IMG/VR virus record: IMGVR_UViG_3300048577_000336
Coordinates: 1 to 39,210 of that record
Strand: one strand, 5' to 3'
Origin: a virus
Taxonomy: Duplodnaviria > Caudoviricetes
Length of the DNA: 39,210 bases
Below, piece after piece: positions 1 to 8,246 of this stretch (positions are counted from its first letter, which is position 1; every line of letters starts with the position of its first letter). Position numbers and translations under genes: made by a program. Below the pieces are notes generated by a model. It saw only the letters and a program-made list of their open reading frames with translations, was not told the origin of the DNA and searched no databases.

Positions 1-185
1 CCGAAGGCCTGCTGCATTTCGATTTCAGGGCCGGGATCATCATCTATCTGGTCATCAACGAGATGCTGTCCGTGATGGGCCATCTGCGCGCCTTGGGCTG
101 TCCGTTGCCGCAGGCCATCTTCAAGCGTCTGGCGGACTATCGCGACTGCGCGGTCTTTACCGGTAAGCCTGGTAAGGGGGCCTAA
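1..185 (+). CDS. Phage holin (toxin secretion/phage lysis holin family-like), 3' part only
   Basis: Frame from position 3 reads EGLLHFDFRAGIIIYLVINEMLSVMGHLRALGCPLPQAIFKRLADY...GA* (TAA 183-185). The hydrophobic helix plus NE-x-LS-x5-LG-x-P-x-P pattern is typical of this holin family's C-terminus. Not in the ORF track. Confidence 0.75.
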   Translation, partial: EGLLHFDFRAGIIIYLVINEMLSVMGHLRALGCPLPQAIFKRLADYRDCAVFTGKPGKGA

Positions 186-186
186 A

Positions 187-2214
187 ATGTCCGAGATGCT
201 TCCCAAGCTTGCCAGCAAGCTGACATCGGAACGCGACCAAGCCAAGCTGGACCGACAACTGCAAGAGGATGTCTGGCTGGAAGATTGGCGGGCGTACAAA
301 GGCATCTACGACGATAAGACCCTAAGAGAGATCGATCAGGATCGGTCGAGGGTCTTTATTAGGAAGACCAAGGTCAAATGCGACACCATTGAAGCCAGGA
401 TCATGGACATCCTGTTTCCGCAGTCCGGCGACCCGAACTGGGAGATCGGTCCGACGCCTGAGCCGCAGCTCGATAAGGATGGCATGGCCGAGGCGACAAG
501 CCGGGCCATGGAGCAACAGCGCGTCCTGGCGGATTGCGTGACGGAGGTCGCCAAGGAGCGTGCCGAAGCCATGCGCAAGGTCATGGCGGACCAGCTCGCG
601 GAGGCTCCGGACCATAGCGGCTACCGTGCCACCATGCTGGAGGTGGTGCGGTCGGCGGTGCGTCTCGGCACGGGCGTGCACAAGGGGCCGCTGGTGGAGC
701 AACGCGTCAAGGCCGTCTGGCGCCCTACGGTGAAAACCGTCAGCGATGCCTCGGGCATAGAGACCGTCCAGACCGACTGGCAACTCGTGCACGAGCCGAT
801 CGAGCTGCGGCCGACCTCGACCGCCGTCAATCTCTGGAATTTCTACCCGGATATGTCCGCCAGGGACATCGGCTCCTGCCGCTATGCGTGGGAGCTCTAC
901 CAAATGCTCTACGGCGAGGTCATGAAGCTGGCCGGGCGTGCGTCGTTCAACGGGAAGATCATCCGGGAATACTTGCGGCGGAACAAGGACGGCGATGCCG
1001 AGGAGCGGAGGATAGACGCCGAGCTGCGGCGTGTGGGCGAGAAGACCGCCACTGTGAACCTCGATGGCCGGTTCGACGTGTGGGAGCGATGGGGCTGGCT
1101 GCGTGGCGACCAGCTGGTCGAAGCCGGCGTCAAGATCCCCGAAGACCAGGTCGACCAGGAGTTCTTCTGCAACGTCTGGTTGCTGGGCGACCAGATCATC
1201 AAAGCCGTCCTTGCCCCGGTCAAGGGCGTCGCCATGCCGTACCAGCTTTATTACTGCGAGAAGGATGACGCCTCGATCTTCGGCGAGGGCGTCGCCCGCA
1301 TCCTGCATCATCCGCAGCGGGCGCTCAACGGTTCCGTGCGGGCCATGTTGGATAACGCCAGCGTTTCGGCCGGTCCTATCATCGGCATCAACAATGACGC
1401 CCTGGCGCAAAATGAGGATGCGCGCAAGCTGCACGCCTTCCGTGTGTTCCTGTTTGATAACGCCGATGACCTCAAAAATTTCATGGTCTTCCATCAGGTC
1501 CAGAACAACATCCCCTTATTCCAGACCATGATCAAACTGTTTGACGAGTTCATGGATGAGCAGTCGACGCCGCGATGGGTGCATGGGGACGGCAATGTCG
1601 CGGACGCCGCCAAGACTCTGGGTGGCATGTCCATGTTGATGGGCGCGCTCACCATTAACATCGCCGCCATGGTCAAGGTCTTCGATGACAACGTGACCAG
1701 CCCGTACATGACTGCTCTGTATCATTGGAACATGGACTTCAATAGCCGGACGGACATCAAGGGGGATTTCTCGGTTGTGGCGCGCGGCGCGACGGCGCTC
1801 GTTGCCAAGGAGGTCCGGTCGCAGCGGCTTCAGCTCTTTGCCCAGATGGCCACGCAGAATCCGGCTTTCGCTCCCATGATCGACAACCGCGAGCTGCTTA
1901 AAGAGATCGCGGCTTCCATGGAAATCAGCAAGCCGATCCTCCTGAGCGATGCGGAGGTGCAGCGGCGGCAGATGGAGCAGCTTGCCATGCAGGCCCAGGC
2001 AGCGACCGCCGGCAAGATCAAGGCCATCATCGCGGAAATGGAATCCCGGAATATCGCCCCGGCGGCGGTGCTGCAAGAGCTTCTTGGTCAATCGATCCAA
2101 GAGGCTTCGGCCGGTGACGCGGCATCGGCCGGCATGCAGCCTGAAACCGCGCAACCCGCACTGGCGTCAGCCACCGCGCAGCCGGGCAATCCCGGATTGC
2201 AACAGGCTGCGTAG
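187..2214 (+). CDS. Phage portal protein
   Basis: 675 aa. Motifs RSRVFIRKTKVK, LGTGVHKGP, NFYPD, IFGEGV..HPQRALN..RAMLDN and a coiled C-terminus resemble podoviral portals. Lies upstream of scaffold and capsid. Confidence 0.85.
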   Translation: MSEMLPKLASKLTSERDQAKLDRQLQEDVWLEDWRAYKGIYDDKTLREIDQDRSRVFIRKTKVKCDTIEARIMDILFPQSGDPNWEIGPTPEPQLDKDGMAEATSRAMEQQRVLADCVTEVAKERAEAMRKVMADQLAEAPDHSGYRATMLEVVRSAVRLGTGVHKGPLVEQRVKAVWRPTVKTVSDASGIETVQTDWQLVHEPIELRPTSTAVNLWNFYPDMSARDIGSCRYAWELYQMLYGEVMKLAGRASFNGKIIREYLRRNKDGDAEERRIDAELRRVGEKTATVNLDGRFDVWERWGWLRGDQLVEAGVKIPEDQVDQEFFCNVWLLGDQIIKAVLAPVKGVAMPYQLYYCEKDDASIFGEGVARILHHPQRALNGSVRAMLDNASVSAGPIIGINNDALAQNEDARKLHAFRVFLFDNADDLKNFMVFHQVQNNIPLFQTMIKLFDEFMDEQSTPRWVHGDGNVADAAKTLGGMSMLMGALTINIAAMVKVFDDNVTSPYMTALYHWNMDFNSRTDIKGDFSVVARGATALVAKEVRSQRLQLFAQMATQNPAFAPMIDNRELLKEIAASMEISKPILLSDAEVQRRQMEQLAMQAQAATAGKIKAIIAEMESRNIAPAAVLQELLGQSIQEASAGDAASAGMQPETAQPALASATAQPGNPGLQQAA

Positions 2215-2223
2215 GAGGCCTCC

Positions 2224-2547
2224 ATGCAGTCCATGAAAAACGCAGCTTCGAAGAAGCAATCCAAGGAAGTTCCGATTGCTTGCGAAGCTCCCGACTTTCC
2301 CTACGGTCTTCGGCTCTCGCTCAACGATGACACACTGAAAAAGCTCAAGATGAAGGCCGAAGATTTCGAGATGGACGAGGAGTTCTTTCTTACGGCCAAG
2401 GTCTCGGTTGTCGGTGTTTCCGTGGACAAGACAGCCAGCGGCCAGCGTTCTTCCGTTGATTTGCAGATAACGGAACTGGAGATCCGGGACGAGGCCGACG
2501 AAGCAATGAAGATATGGGAGGAGGCGTACGAGAATGGCGGGAAATAA
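2224..2547 (+). CDS. Capsid staple/cement protein (epsilon15 gp10-like)
   Basis: FPYGLRLSLNDDTLKKL...TAKVSVVGVS...RSSVDLQITELEI matches the gp10 staple pattern. GGAGG RBS upstream. Confidence 0.75.
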   Translation: MQSMKNAASKKQSKEVPIACEAPDFPYGLRLSLNDDTLKKLKMKAEDFEMDEEFFLTAKVSVVGVSVDKTASGQRSSVDLQITELEIRDEADEAMKIWEEAYENGGK

Positions 2548-2776
2548 GAAGGATTTTCTCCGCGAGGTGCACAAGGAAGGGCTCTCCAGGGGCGTCATGG
2601 CGATCCGAGGCCTCATCGGCTTGTACCGGGAAGAGGCGATGAAGGCCCTGAAGACCGCTGACGACGGGAATTTCCGGCGGTTTCAGGGCCAGGTCCAGGT
2701 CCTGGAGAAGATCGAGGAGGATATTGCCGGGAAGCCCGCGCCCGCGCCTTCCGGAAGCGGCGCATACGGCGGCTGA
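2534..2776 (+). CDS. Small hypothetical head-module protein
   Basis: 80 aa, helical, with an RRFQGQVQVLEKI motif of the kind seen in small genes between portal and scaffold. GGAGG upstream; overlaps the previous stop. Confidence 0.65.
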   Translation: MAGNKKDFLREVHKEGLSRGVMAIRGLIGLYREEAMKALKTADDGNFRRFQGQVQVLEKIEEDIAGKPAPAPSGSGAYGG

Positions 2777-2799
2777 TTCGACATTTTATCGGTATCGCG

Positions 2800-2858
2800 G
2801 CTGACCGGTCGCGACCCGCAGCGACCCTGGCCCGCGAAGGCGGCACCGGGGCAAGGAG
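2800..2858 (+). promoter_or_regulatory. Two tandem hairpins in the scaffold-gene leader abutting the RBS
   Basis: GCTG..GGT-CGCG-ACC..CAGC (2800-2822) and CCCTGG-c-CCGC-GAAG-GCGG-ca-CCGGGG (2825-2851), followed by AAGGAG at 2853-2858. Confidence 0.35.
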
Positions 2859-2864
2859 TGGATA

Positions 2865-3905
2865 ATGGAAGGTTTGGAAATCGACGGCGACGACTTTGAT
2901 GTCGCGTTCGGCGAAGGCGGGAGCCCCGGCCAGGAAGAGGACCGGGGGCAGGAAGCCGGTGGCGATGCCGGAGGCGGTGACGCAACCGATGGCCAGGACG
3001 GCGGCGGAAGCGAAACCGGGGGAGAAGGCGATTTAGGCTCCGAAACGGACGATCGCCCTGGGAGCGAGGGAGCCGGCGAGGGGACGGATCGGAAGCCGGA
3101 AGCCGGAGACGAGGCCGGCGGGGCCGGAGATGACGATCCGGCCAAGCTGCGCCAGGAGCTCAAGACTCTGGGCGGACGCGCCGCCGCCCTCGAAGCCCGG
3201 AAAAAGGACCTGGAGGAGGAGCTGGCCGCGCTCCGGTCCGGAAAAGGACCGGAAAGCCGTCCGGAGAGCCGTCAGGATGGTGCCGGTGGGGGTGATGCCG
3301 GAAAGCTGGCTACCGTGGAAATCCCGGAGGACATCCAAAAGGATGCCGAGGAGTTTCGGGACACATTCCCCGAGCTGTATCCGCTGCTTGAGGCGGCCGG
3401 GCCCGTGGGCGAGCGGCTGCGGAAGGTTCTGCGGGAATCCGGGGCGGATGTGGCCGGCATCGCGGCCGAGAACATCGCCCTCAAGATGCGGCTCGACAGC
3501 GTGTCTTCCGAAGTGCGGGCCATCACCCGTGAAGAGCATGACGCTAAAGTGGAGGAACGGCACCCGGAAACGCGCGGCTTGCGATCAACGGACCCCGCCC
3601 TCCAGGAAGAGTCCAAGAGATTCGTCGATGGCCTCAACGGCTGGGTGGATAGACAGCCCTGGGCCGAGGCCGAGCGCATGAAGCAGGTTTTGAAGAAGGG
3701 AAGGGCGGGCGATGTGATTGCCCTGCTCGATCAGTACAAGGCAACACTCAACAAAAAGCCTGACACGCAGCTTGATGAAGACAAGCGCCGCCGGGCCGAA
3801 GAAGCCGGATCGGTGGGGAATCGTCGCCCGGTCGCGCCCCTCGCGGGTGCGCCCGATCCGGATGATTACGACGGCGCGATCATTGAGGCGTTCGGGCTTA
3901 AATAA
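2865..3905 (+). CDS. Capsid scaffolding protein (putative)
   Basis: 346 aa. Very acidic Gly/Asp/Glu-rich N-terminus, coiled coil and DYDGAIIEAFG C-terminus. Directly precedes the major capsid gene. AAGGAG RBS. Confidence 0.75.
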   Translation: MEGLEIDGDDFDVAFGEGGSPGQEEDRGQEAGGDAGGGDATDGQDGGGSETGGEGDLGSETDDRPGSEGAGEGTDRKPEAGDEAGGAGDDDPAKLRQELKTLGGRAAALEARKKDLEEELAALRSGKGPESRPESRQDGAGGGDAGKLATVEIPEDIQKDAEEFRDTFPELYPLLEAAGPVGERLRKVLRESGADVAGIAAENIALKMRLDSVSSEVRAITREEHDAKVEERHPETRGLRSTDPALQEESKRFVDGLNGWVDRQPWAEAERMKQVLKKGRAGDVIALLDQYKATLNKKPDTQLDEDKRRRAEEAGSVGNRRPVAPLAGAPDPDDYDGAIIEAFGLK

Positions 3906-3916
3906 AGGGACATCGT

Positions 3917-4951
3917 ATGACCCGTTTCGGTACGACGACCACCCAAGACGTTTCCAATCGGACGCGGGCCTACCTGGCTAGCGAGTTCCTCAAGGTCATG
4001 TATCCCCGGCTGCTGCTGTGCCTTTTCGCGCAGCATGCGCTGATTCCCAAGAACCAGACCGAGGTCATCGAATGGCGGCGCTATCTGCCCTTGCCGACCG
4101 ATCCCAAGGTGCTGGCCGAGGGCGTGACGCCGAAGCCGGGCAAGATGCAGTGGGAAGACGTAGCCGCCACCCTGAAGGAATACTACGATCTGTACATGAT
4201 CACCAACCGGGTGGAGGACACGCATACCGACCCGACCTTGCAGCTCTCCAAGGACTACCTGGGCAAGGCCGCCGCCGTGATGTTCGAGAAGGTCACGGCA
4301 GCCGAGCTCCTCGGCGGCATCAACGTCTTCTACGCCAATGGCGCTTCCAGGAGTGCGGTCAACACCACGGTTAACTACGGTCTGATCCAGAACGTGGTGC
4401 GGATGCTGGAACGCAACCTGGCCGAACCCATCACCAAGGCCCTTTCCAGCACGCCGGCCTACGGCACCGAGGCCTTGGACGACTGCTATATCGCGGTCTG
4501 CCATTCGGACTTGGCCAAGGACATCCAGAACTGCGACCGGTTCGTGGAAAAGAAGAACTACGGTTCGGTCTCGCCCTATCCCCAGGAGATCGGGGCGATC
4601 GGTCCGGTGCGCTTTCTCAAGAACAACGTTTTGACGGCCTGGGCCGGCGCGGGCGGCGATGCCGGGGGTTCGGTCCTGAGCTCTTCCGGCGGCAAGGCCG
4701 ACGTCTATCCCATCCTTATCTTCGGAGCCGACTCCTACGGTTGCGTCGCCCTCAAGGGCTACAAGACCAAAAACGCCGATGGCAAGGGAACGGCCGTTTC
4801 TCCCGTGGAGATCTCGGTCGTGCCCGTGGACAAGCGTGACAAGGACGACCCCTTGGGCCAGCGGGGCTACGTGGGCTGGAGGAGCTACTACGTGGCGAAG
4901 ATCCTCCAGGATCTGTGGCTGTCCCGGGTCGAAGTGGCCTGTTCCATCTAG
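3917..4951 (+). CDS. Major capsid protein, N4-gp56 family
   Basis: IPKNQTEVIEWRRY, LAEGVTP, EIGAIGPVRF, DVYPILIFG, DPLGQRGYVGW and SRVEVA are hallmark N4-gp56-type capsid motifs. Confidence 0.92.
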   Translation: MTRFGTTTTQDVSNRTRAYLASEFLKVMYPRLLLCLFAQHALIPKNQTEVIEWRRYLPLPTDPKVLAEGVTPKPGKMQWEDVAATLKEYYDLYMITNRVEDTHTDPTLQLSKDYLGKAAAVMFEKVTAAELLGGINVFYANGASRSAVNTTVNYGLIQNVVRMLERNLAEPITKALSSTPAYGTEALDDCYIAVCHSDLAKDIQNCDRFVEKKNYGSVSPYPQEIGAIGPVRFLKNNVLTAWAGAGGDAGGSVLSSSGGKADVYPILIFGADSYGCVALKGYKTKNADGKGTAVSPVEISVVPVDKRDKDDPLGQRGYVGWRSYYVAKILQDLWLSRVEVACSI

Positions 4952-4978
4952 CGGCAAAATACAACGAGGAGCTCTTCC

Positions 4979-5446
4979 ATGAATCGCACGCTTACCGACG
5001 CCTTTCCGCGCGAGCAACAGGCGTCGCTGCTCGGCTTCTTGCGGGACGGACCCATCGGCCCTCCGGGTCTGACCATCGCGGCGGCCGGCAGCCCGGCGGC
5101 CAAGGCTTCGGCTTTTGACTACCGCATCAACGGCAAAATCTACGCCAAGGCGGCCCAGGCCACCATTTCCCTGGTCACCCTCGGCGTGGTGGCCGCCGGG
5201 AAGACTTCGGCCGTCTTTCTGACCATTGACGCGGCCGGCAACGTCACCGTGTCGCCCGTGGTTCCCGACGAGTCGGGCGATATCGTCGTGCCCGATCCCG
5301 GTTATGGCCTGTGCCTGTTCGGCGCGGTCAAGGTGTCCAACGGCGCGGCCACGGCCTTCACGGGCGGCACCACGGCCTTGGACGCGGCCAGCGTCACGGC
5401 GACCTACTACAACCTGTCCGGCGTGATCCCCGGCGAAAGCCTGTAG
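4979..5446 (+). CDS. Putative capsid decoration/virion protein
   Basis: 155 aa, Ala/Thr/Val-rich beta character, FTGGTTALDA motif. Immediately after the capsid gene; GAGGAG RBS. Confidence 0.6.
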   Translation: MNRTLTDAFPREQQASLLGFLRDGPIGPPGLTIAAAGSPAAKASAFDYRINGKIYAKAAQATISLVTLGVVAAGKTSAVFLTIDAAGNVTVSPVVPDESGDIVVPDPGYGLCLFGAVKVSNGAATAFTGGTTALDAASVTATYYNLSGVIPGESL

Positions 5447-5455
5447 GGGGCGGCC

Positions 5456-5656
5456 ATGGAACGCACTCTCAACGATATCCTGTCCAGCGTCCATGATCCC
5501 GGCACGAAGATCGCCCTGCAAAAGGCGTTTCGGCTGGTCATCGATGCGGTCGAAAATCATGCGCACAAATGCGGCGGCGACGGCGTGGTGTCTTCGGTAG
5601 CCTGTACGGACCCGCCAGGCCATACCGCCACTACGCCGCTGGTCCTGCCCAAATAA
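5456..5656 (+). CDS. Hypothetical protein
   Basis: 66 aa, fills the gap exactly, GC3-biased codons, purine-rich upstream. Confidence 0.6.
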   Translation: MERTLNDILSSVHDPGTKIALQKAFRLVIDAVENHAHKCGGDGVVSSVACTDPPGHTATTPLVLPK

Positions 5657-5668
5657 GGAGCGGATGCT

Positions 5669-5992
5669 ATGGCCAAAAAGGAATCGCCCGTCGCGTCCGA
5701 GACGACGGGCCACCGGATCGTGATCGCCAGCGAGAAGACCAAAGAGGGCCGTCGGGCCGTTACGGGGTGCCATGCCGGCGTCAACTTTCAGATCCCTCGC
5801 GATACGGAATGCACCGTTTCCGAGGCGGTGCTGGAGATCCTGCGCAACGCCCAGGTGCCCGACGTCGAGGTGTTGGAAGACGGCGGCGTGGATATGCGCA
5901 TGGTGCAGCGTTTCCCGATCACGTACCTCGGCCCGGCGAACGAGGAAACGGCCGGCGCGGAGAACGTGGGGGCGGGTTTTGCTGCTCCCTGA
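5669..5992 (+). CDS. Hypothetical phage head-associated protein
   Basis: 107 aa with GVNFQIPRD..V.EAVLEILRNA...RFP pattern of the kind seen after N4-gp56 capsids. AAGGAG RBS. Confidence 0.7.
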   Translation: MAKKESPVASETTGHRIVIASEKTKEGRRAVTGCHAGVNFQIPRDTECTVSEAVLEILRNAQVPDVEVLEDGGVDMRMVQRFPITYLGPANEETAGAENVGAGFAAP

Positions 5993-6830
5993 CCTGCGCG
6001 AAGAGGCGCGGCGGCCGCTCCTGGATGCGTCCGTTGGTGACGATGAGCTGAATCGCTACGCTAACGAGGCGTTGCGGACGGCGGCCTTCCGGGTGTTCTT
6101 GCCCGATCTGGAGGCCGCCGCTGCCGTCGTCGTTCCGGCCGGGGCTTCGGTAGCCGCCTTGCCCGGCAATTTCCAGCGGGAGTTGTTCTGCGCTGCAGAC
6201 AGCGATGGCCGGCCGCTGGATGTCGTAACTTCGCGGTTTGATGGAGCCCGGTTGGACTCGGCCCATTTTCCGGTCGGCGGAATCCGGTTTGTGGCGGCCG
6301 TGGGCACCACTCAATTACGGGTTTGGCCCGCGCCCGAGGCGGAGACAACCATCATCCTTGGCTATTACCGGATGCCGCATACGTTGGAACAGGGCGCGGG
6401 CCGAGTGGCCTTTGCTTCCTCAGGATTACTGACGGCGGATGTCCCGCTGTTTGGTCGGTTCCAGCCCGGGGACGTGTTTACGGTTTTGGGCAGCGTCAGC
6501 AACGATGGCGAGCACGTCGTGGAGACTGCGTCGGCTTCTTCCTGCCGGGTGGTTGGCCCCCTGGTTGAAGAGGCGTCTGTGGCGGTCAATGTCGCGGCGG
6601 TCATCATTGAGGCCGTTCCGGAACATTTGCATCGGAATGTGCTGGTGAACGGCATCTTGGCCAGGGCCTTTGACTCCAGGGAAGACGCTTTCGAGGGAAA
6701 GAAAAACGCAAACTATTATAGAGCGATGGCCGAAGAGGCCATTCGCGAACTTAAGCGGGACATCAATGCCACGGGCTATCGGGCGCGCATTGCTGGCTCA
6801 AACGAGCTTCGCGGCAGGTCGCTGGTATGA
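5979..6830 (+). CDS. Head-tail adaptor protein (putative) with an inserted beta-domain
   Basis: Likely TTG start at 5979; the ORF-track N-terminal extension is a shadow of the previous gene. L.DLR..AR..L.D...DDELNRYANEA, LRVWPAP...GYYRMP and VPEHLHRNVLVNG.LARAF are adaptor-type motifs. Confidence 0.7.
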   Translation: MLLPDLREEARRPLLDASVGDDELNRYANEALRTAAFRVFLPDLEAAAAVVVPAGASVAALPGNFQRELFCAADSDGRPLDVVTSRFDGARLDSAHFPVGGIRFVAAVGTTQLRVWPAPEAETTIILGYYRMPHTLEQGAGRVAFASSGLLTADVPLFGRFQPGDVFTVLGSVSNDGEHVVETASASSCRVVGPLVEEASVAVNVAAVIIEAVPEHLHRNVLVNGILARAFDSREDAFEGKKNANYYRAMAEEAIRELKRDINATGYRARIAGSNELRGRSLV

Positions 6831-7753
6831 TGCGCTTTGCCTTTCGCGCCTTTCGCGGCCTCGATACCGTAAGCGACCCAGAGTCCGTAGCCTATGACCG
6901 GCGAAGCGGCGCGTGCGCCCTGGCCGTGGCCACGGACGTGGAGATCCTGGACGGCGGCCGTCGTCTGGCCCGCCGGCCGGGGCGCGTGAAGGCGGCAGGC
7001 GGCCATTGGCGTGACGGCTGGAACGCGCCGGACGGCACGGCTTATGCCGTGGTGGACAATGTGTTGTGCGAGGTGCGGCCCGGGCCGGCCACGCGGGAGC
7101 TGGCGACCCTGGCGACGACGGGGCCGGTGCGGTTCGCGGCGCTGGCCGATCTGGTCTTCTGGGACAACGGCGTGGAGGCCGGGCTGATCCAGGACGGCCA
7201 GGCCGTGGCCTGGGGCGGCAAGCTCTTCCCTGTGGCCTCCGAGGCCGGCCGGCATGTGTCGCCGGCTCCGGGCGGCGGTGTGCTGGCCGGATTCGCTGGT
7301 CGGGTCTGGTGGGCCGACGGGCGCGACCTGCGCTACACGGCCGGGGCCGGGCGCTGGCATTTCTACAAGACCGGGGCCGGCTCCATCCCCATGCCGGCGG
7401 ACATCGCCATGCTGCGGCCGGTGGACAACGGCCTGTATGTCGGCACGGCACTTGGAGTCTATTTTCTGGCCGGCACTGATCCGATCAAGGGGATGCCGCG
7501 CCTGCTGGCCAGCCCGGAGCCGGTGACGGCCGTGGGCAGCGACGTGGCCGTTCGGGCTGATGCCCTTTCATCCAGGATACCGCCGGCGGCGGCCTGCCTG
7601 TGGACGTCGCGCAGCGGCATCCACGGCGGCCTGGCCGACGGCGTTGTTCTCAACCTCACCCATTCGCAGGTGGCCATGGACGTGCCGGCCTTGCGGGCGG
7701 CGGCTGTCTGGCTGCCGTCCACGCGGCGCTACGTGGTCGTGCTGCATCCGTAG
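6827..7753 (+). CDS. Tail/nozzle-type virion protein (putative)
   Basis: 308 aa, beta-rich. N-terminal FRGLD...DVEI...LARRPG pattern resembles short-tail nozzle/tail proteins. ATGA overlap with the adaptor gene. Confidence 0.55.
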   Translation: MMRFAFRAFRGLDTVSDPESVAYDRRSGACALAVATDVEILDGGRRLARRPGRVKAAGGHWRDGWNAPDGTAYAVVDNVLCEVRPGPATRELATLATTGPVRFAALADLVFWDNGVEAGLIQDGQAVAWGGKLFPVASEAGRHVSPAPGGGVLAGFAGRVWWADGRDLRYTAGAGRWHFYKTGAGSIPMPADIAMLRPVDNGLYVGTALGVYFLAGTDPIKGMPRLLASPEPVTAVGSDVAVRADALSSRIPPAAACLWTSRSGIHGGLADGVVLNLTHSQVAMDVPALRAAAVWLPSTRRYVVVLHP

Positions 7754-7762
7754 GAGGGAGCC

Positions 7763-8221
7763 ATGGGGGTTCGACTCTCGACCGGGCTGCGTAACGGCAT
7801 CCTGGCGACCGGCAGCTTCAAGTCCATTTTTAATAACGGCGTCATCCGGGTGTTCGCTGGTTCGCAGCCGACCAGCGCTGACGACACCGAAGGGAGCAGT
7901 CCCCTGTTGGAAATCACGGTTTCCTCGGGCGTGTTCACCCCCGGTTCGACGGATAATGCCTTGCAGTTCGGCGACGCCGCCGCCGGATCAATGCCGAAGT
8001 TGTCGTCGCAGGTCTGGTCAGGCCTGGGCCTGTTGTCCGGCACGGCGGGCTGGTTCCGGCTGTACGCCAACGACCGGACCACGGGGCCGAGCGCGACCGC
8101 GCCGCGCCTGGACGGCGTGTGCGGCACGGGTTCGGGCCAGCTCAAGCTGGCTTCCACGGCAATTGTCGCGGGGCAGACCACGACCGTGGACAGCTTCGAC
8201 GTCGTGACGCCGGCCTCTTAG
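7763..8221 (+). CDS. Phage virion structural protein
   Basis: 152 aa with RLSTGLRN...GSQPTSADD...GTAGWFRL...RLDG..G, a pattern common in phage structural genes. GGAGGGAG RBS. Confidence 0.7.
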   Translation: MGVRLSTGLRNGILATGSFKSIFNNGVIRVFAGSQPTSADDTEGSSPLLEITVSSGVFTPGSTDNALQFGDAAAGSMPKLSSQVWSGLGLLSGTAGWFRLYANDRTTGPSATAPRLDGVCGTGSGQLKLASTAIVAGQTTTVDSFDVVTPAS

Positions 8222-8246
8222 CCGGCCTTTTGCGCAGGACGGCCCC

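Noticed and set aside
5772-5978. N-terminal extension of the adaptor ORF
   Set aside because: Off-frame overlap with gene 5669-5992. Adaptor-like sequence begins at TTG 5979.
8209-8231. GCCGGC-loop-GCCGGC-CTTTT possible terminator
   Set aside because: Short stem, only four T residues, and mid-operon. Could arise by chance in GC-rich DNA.
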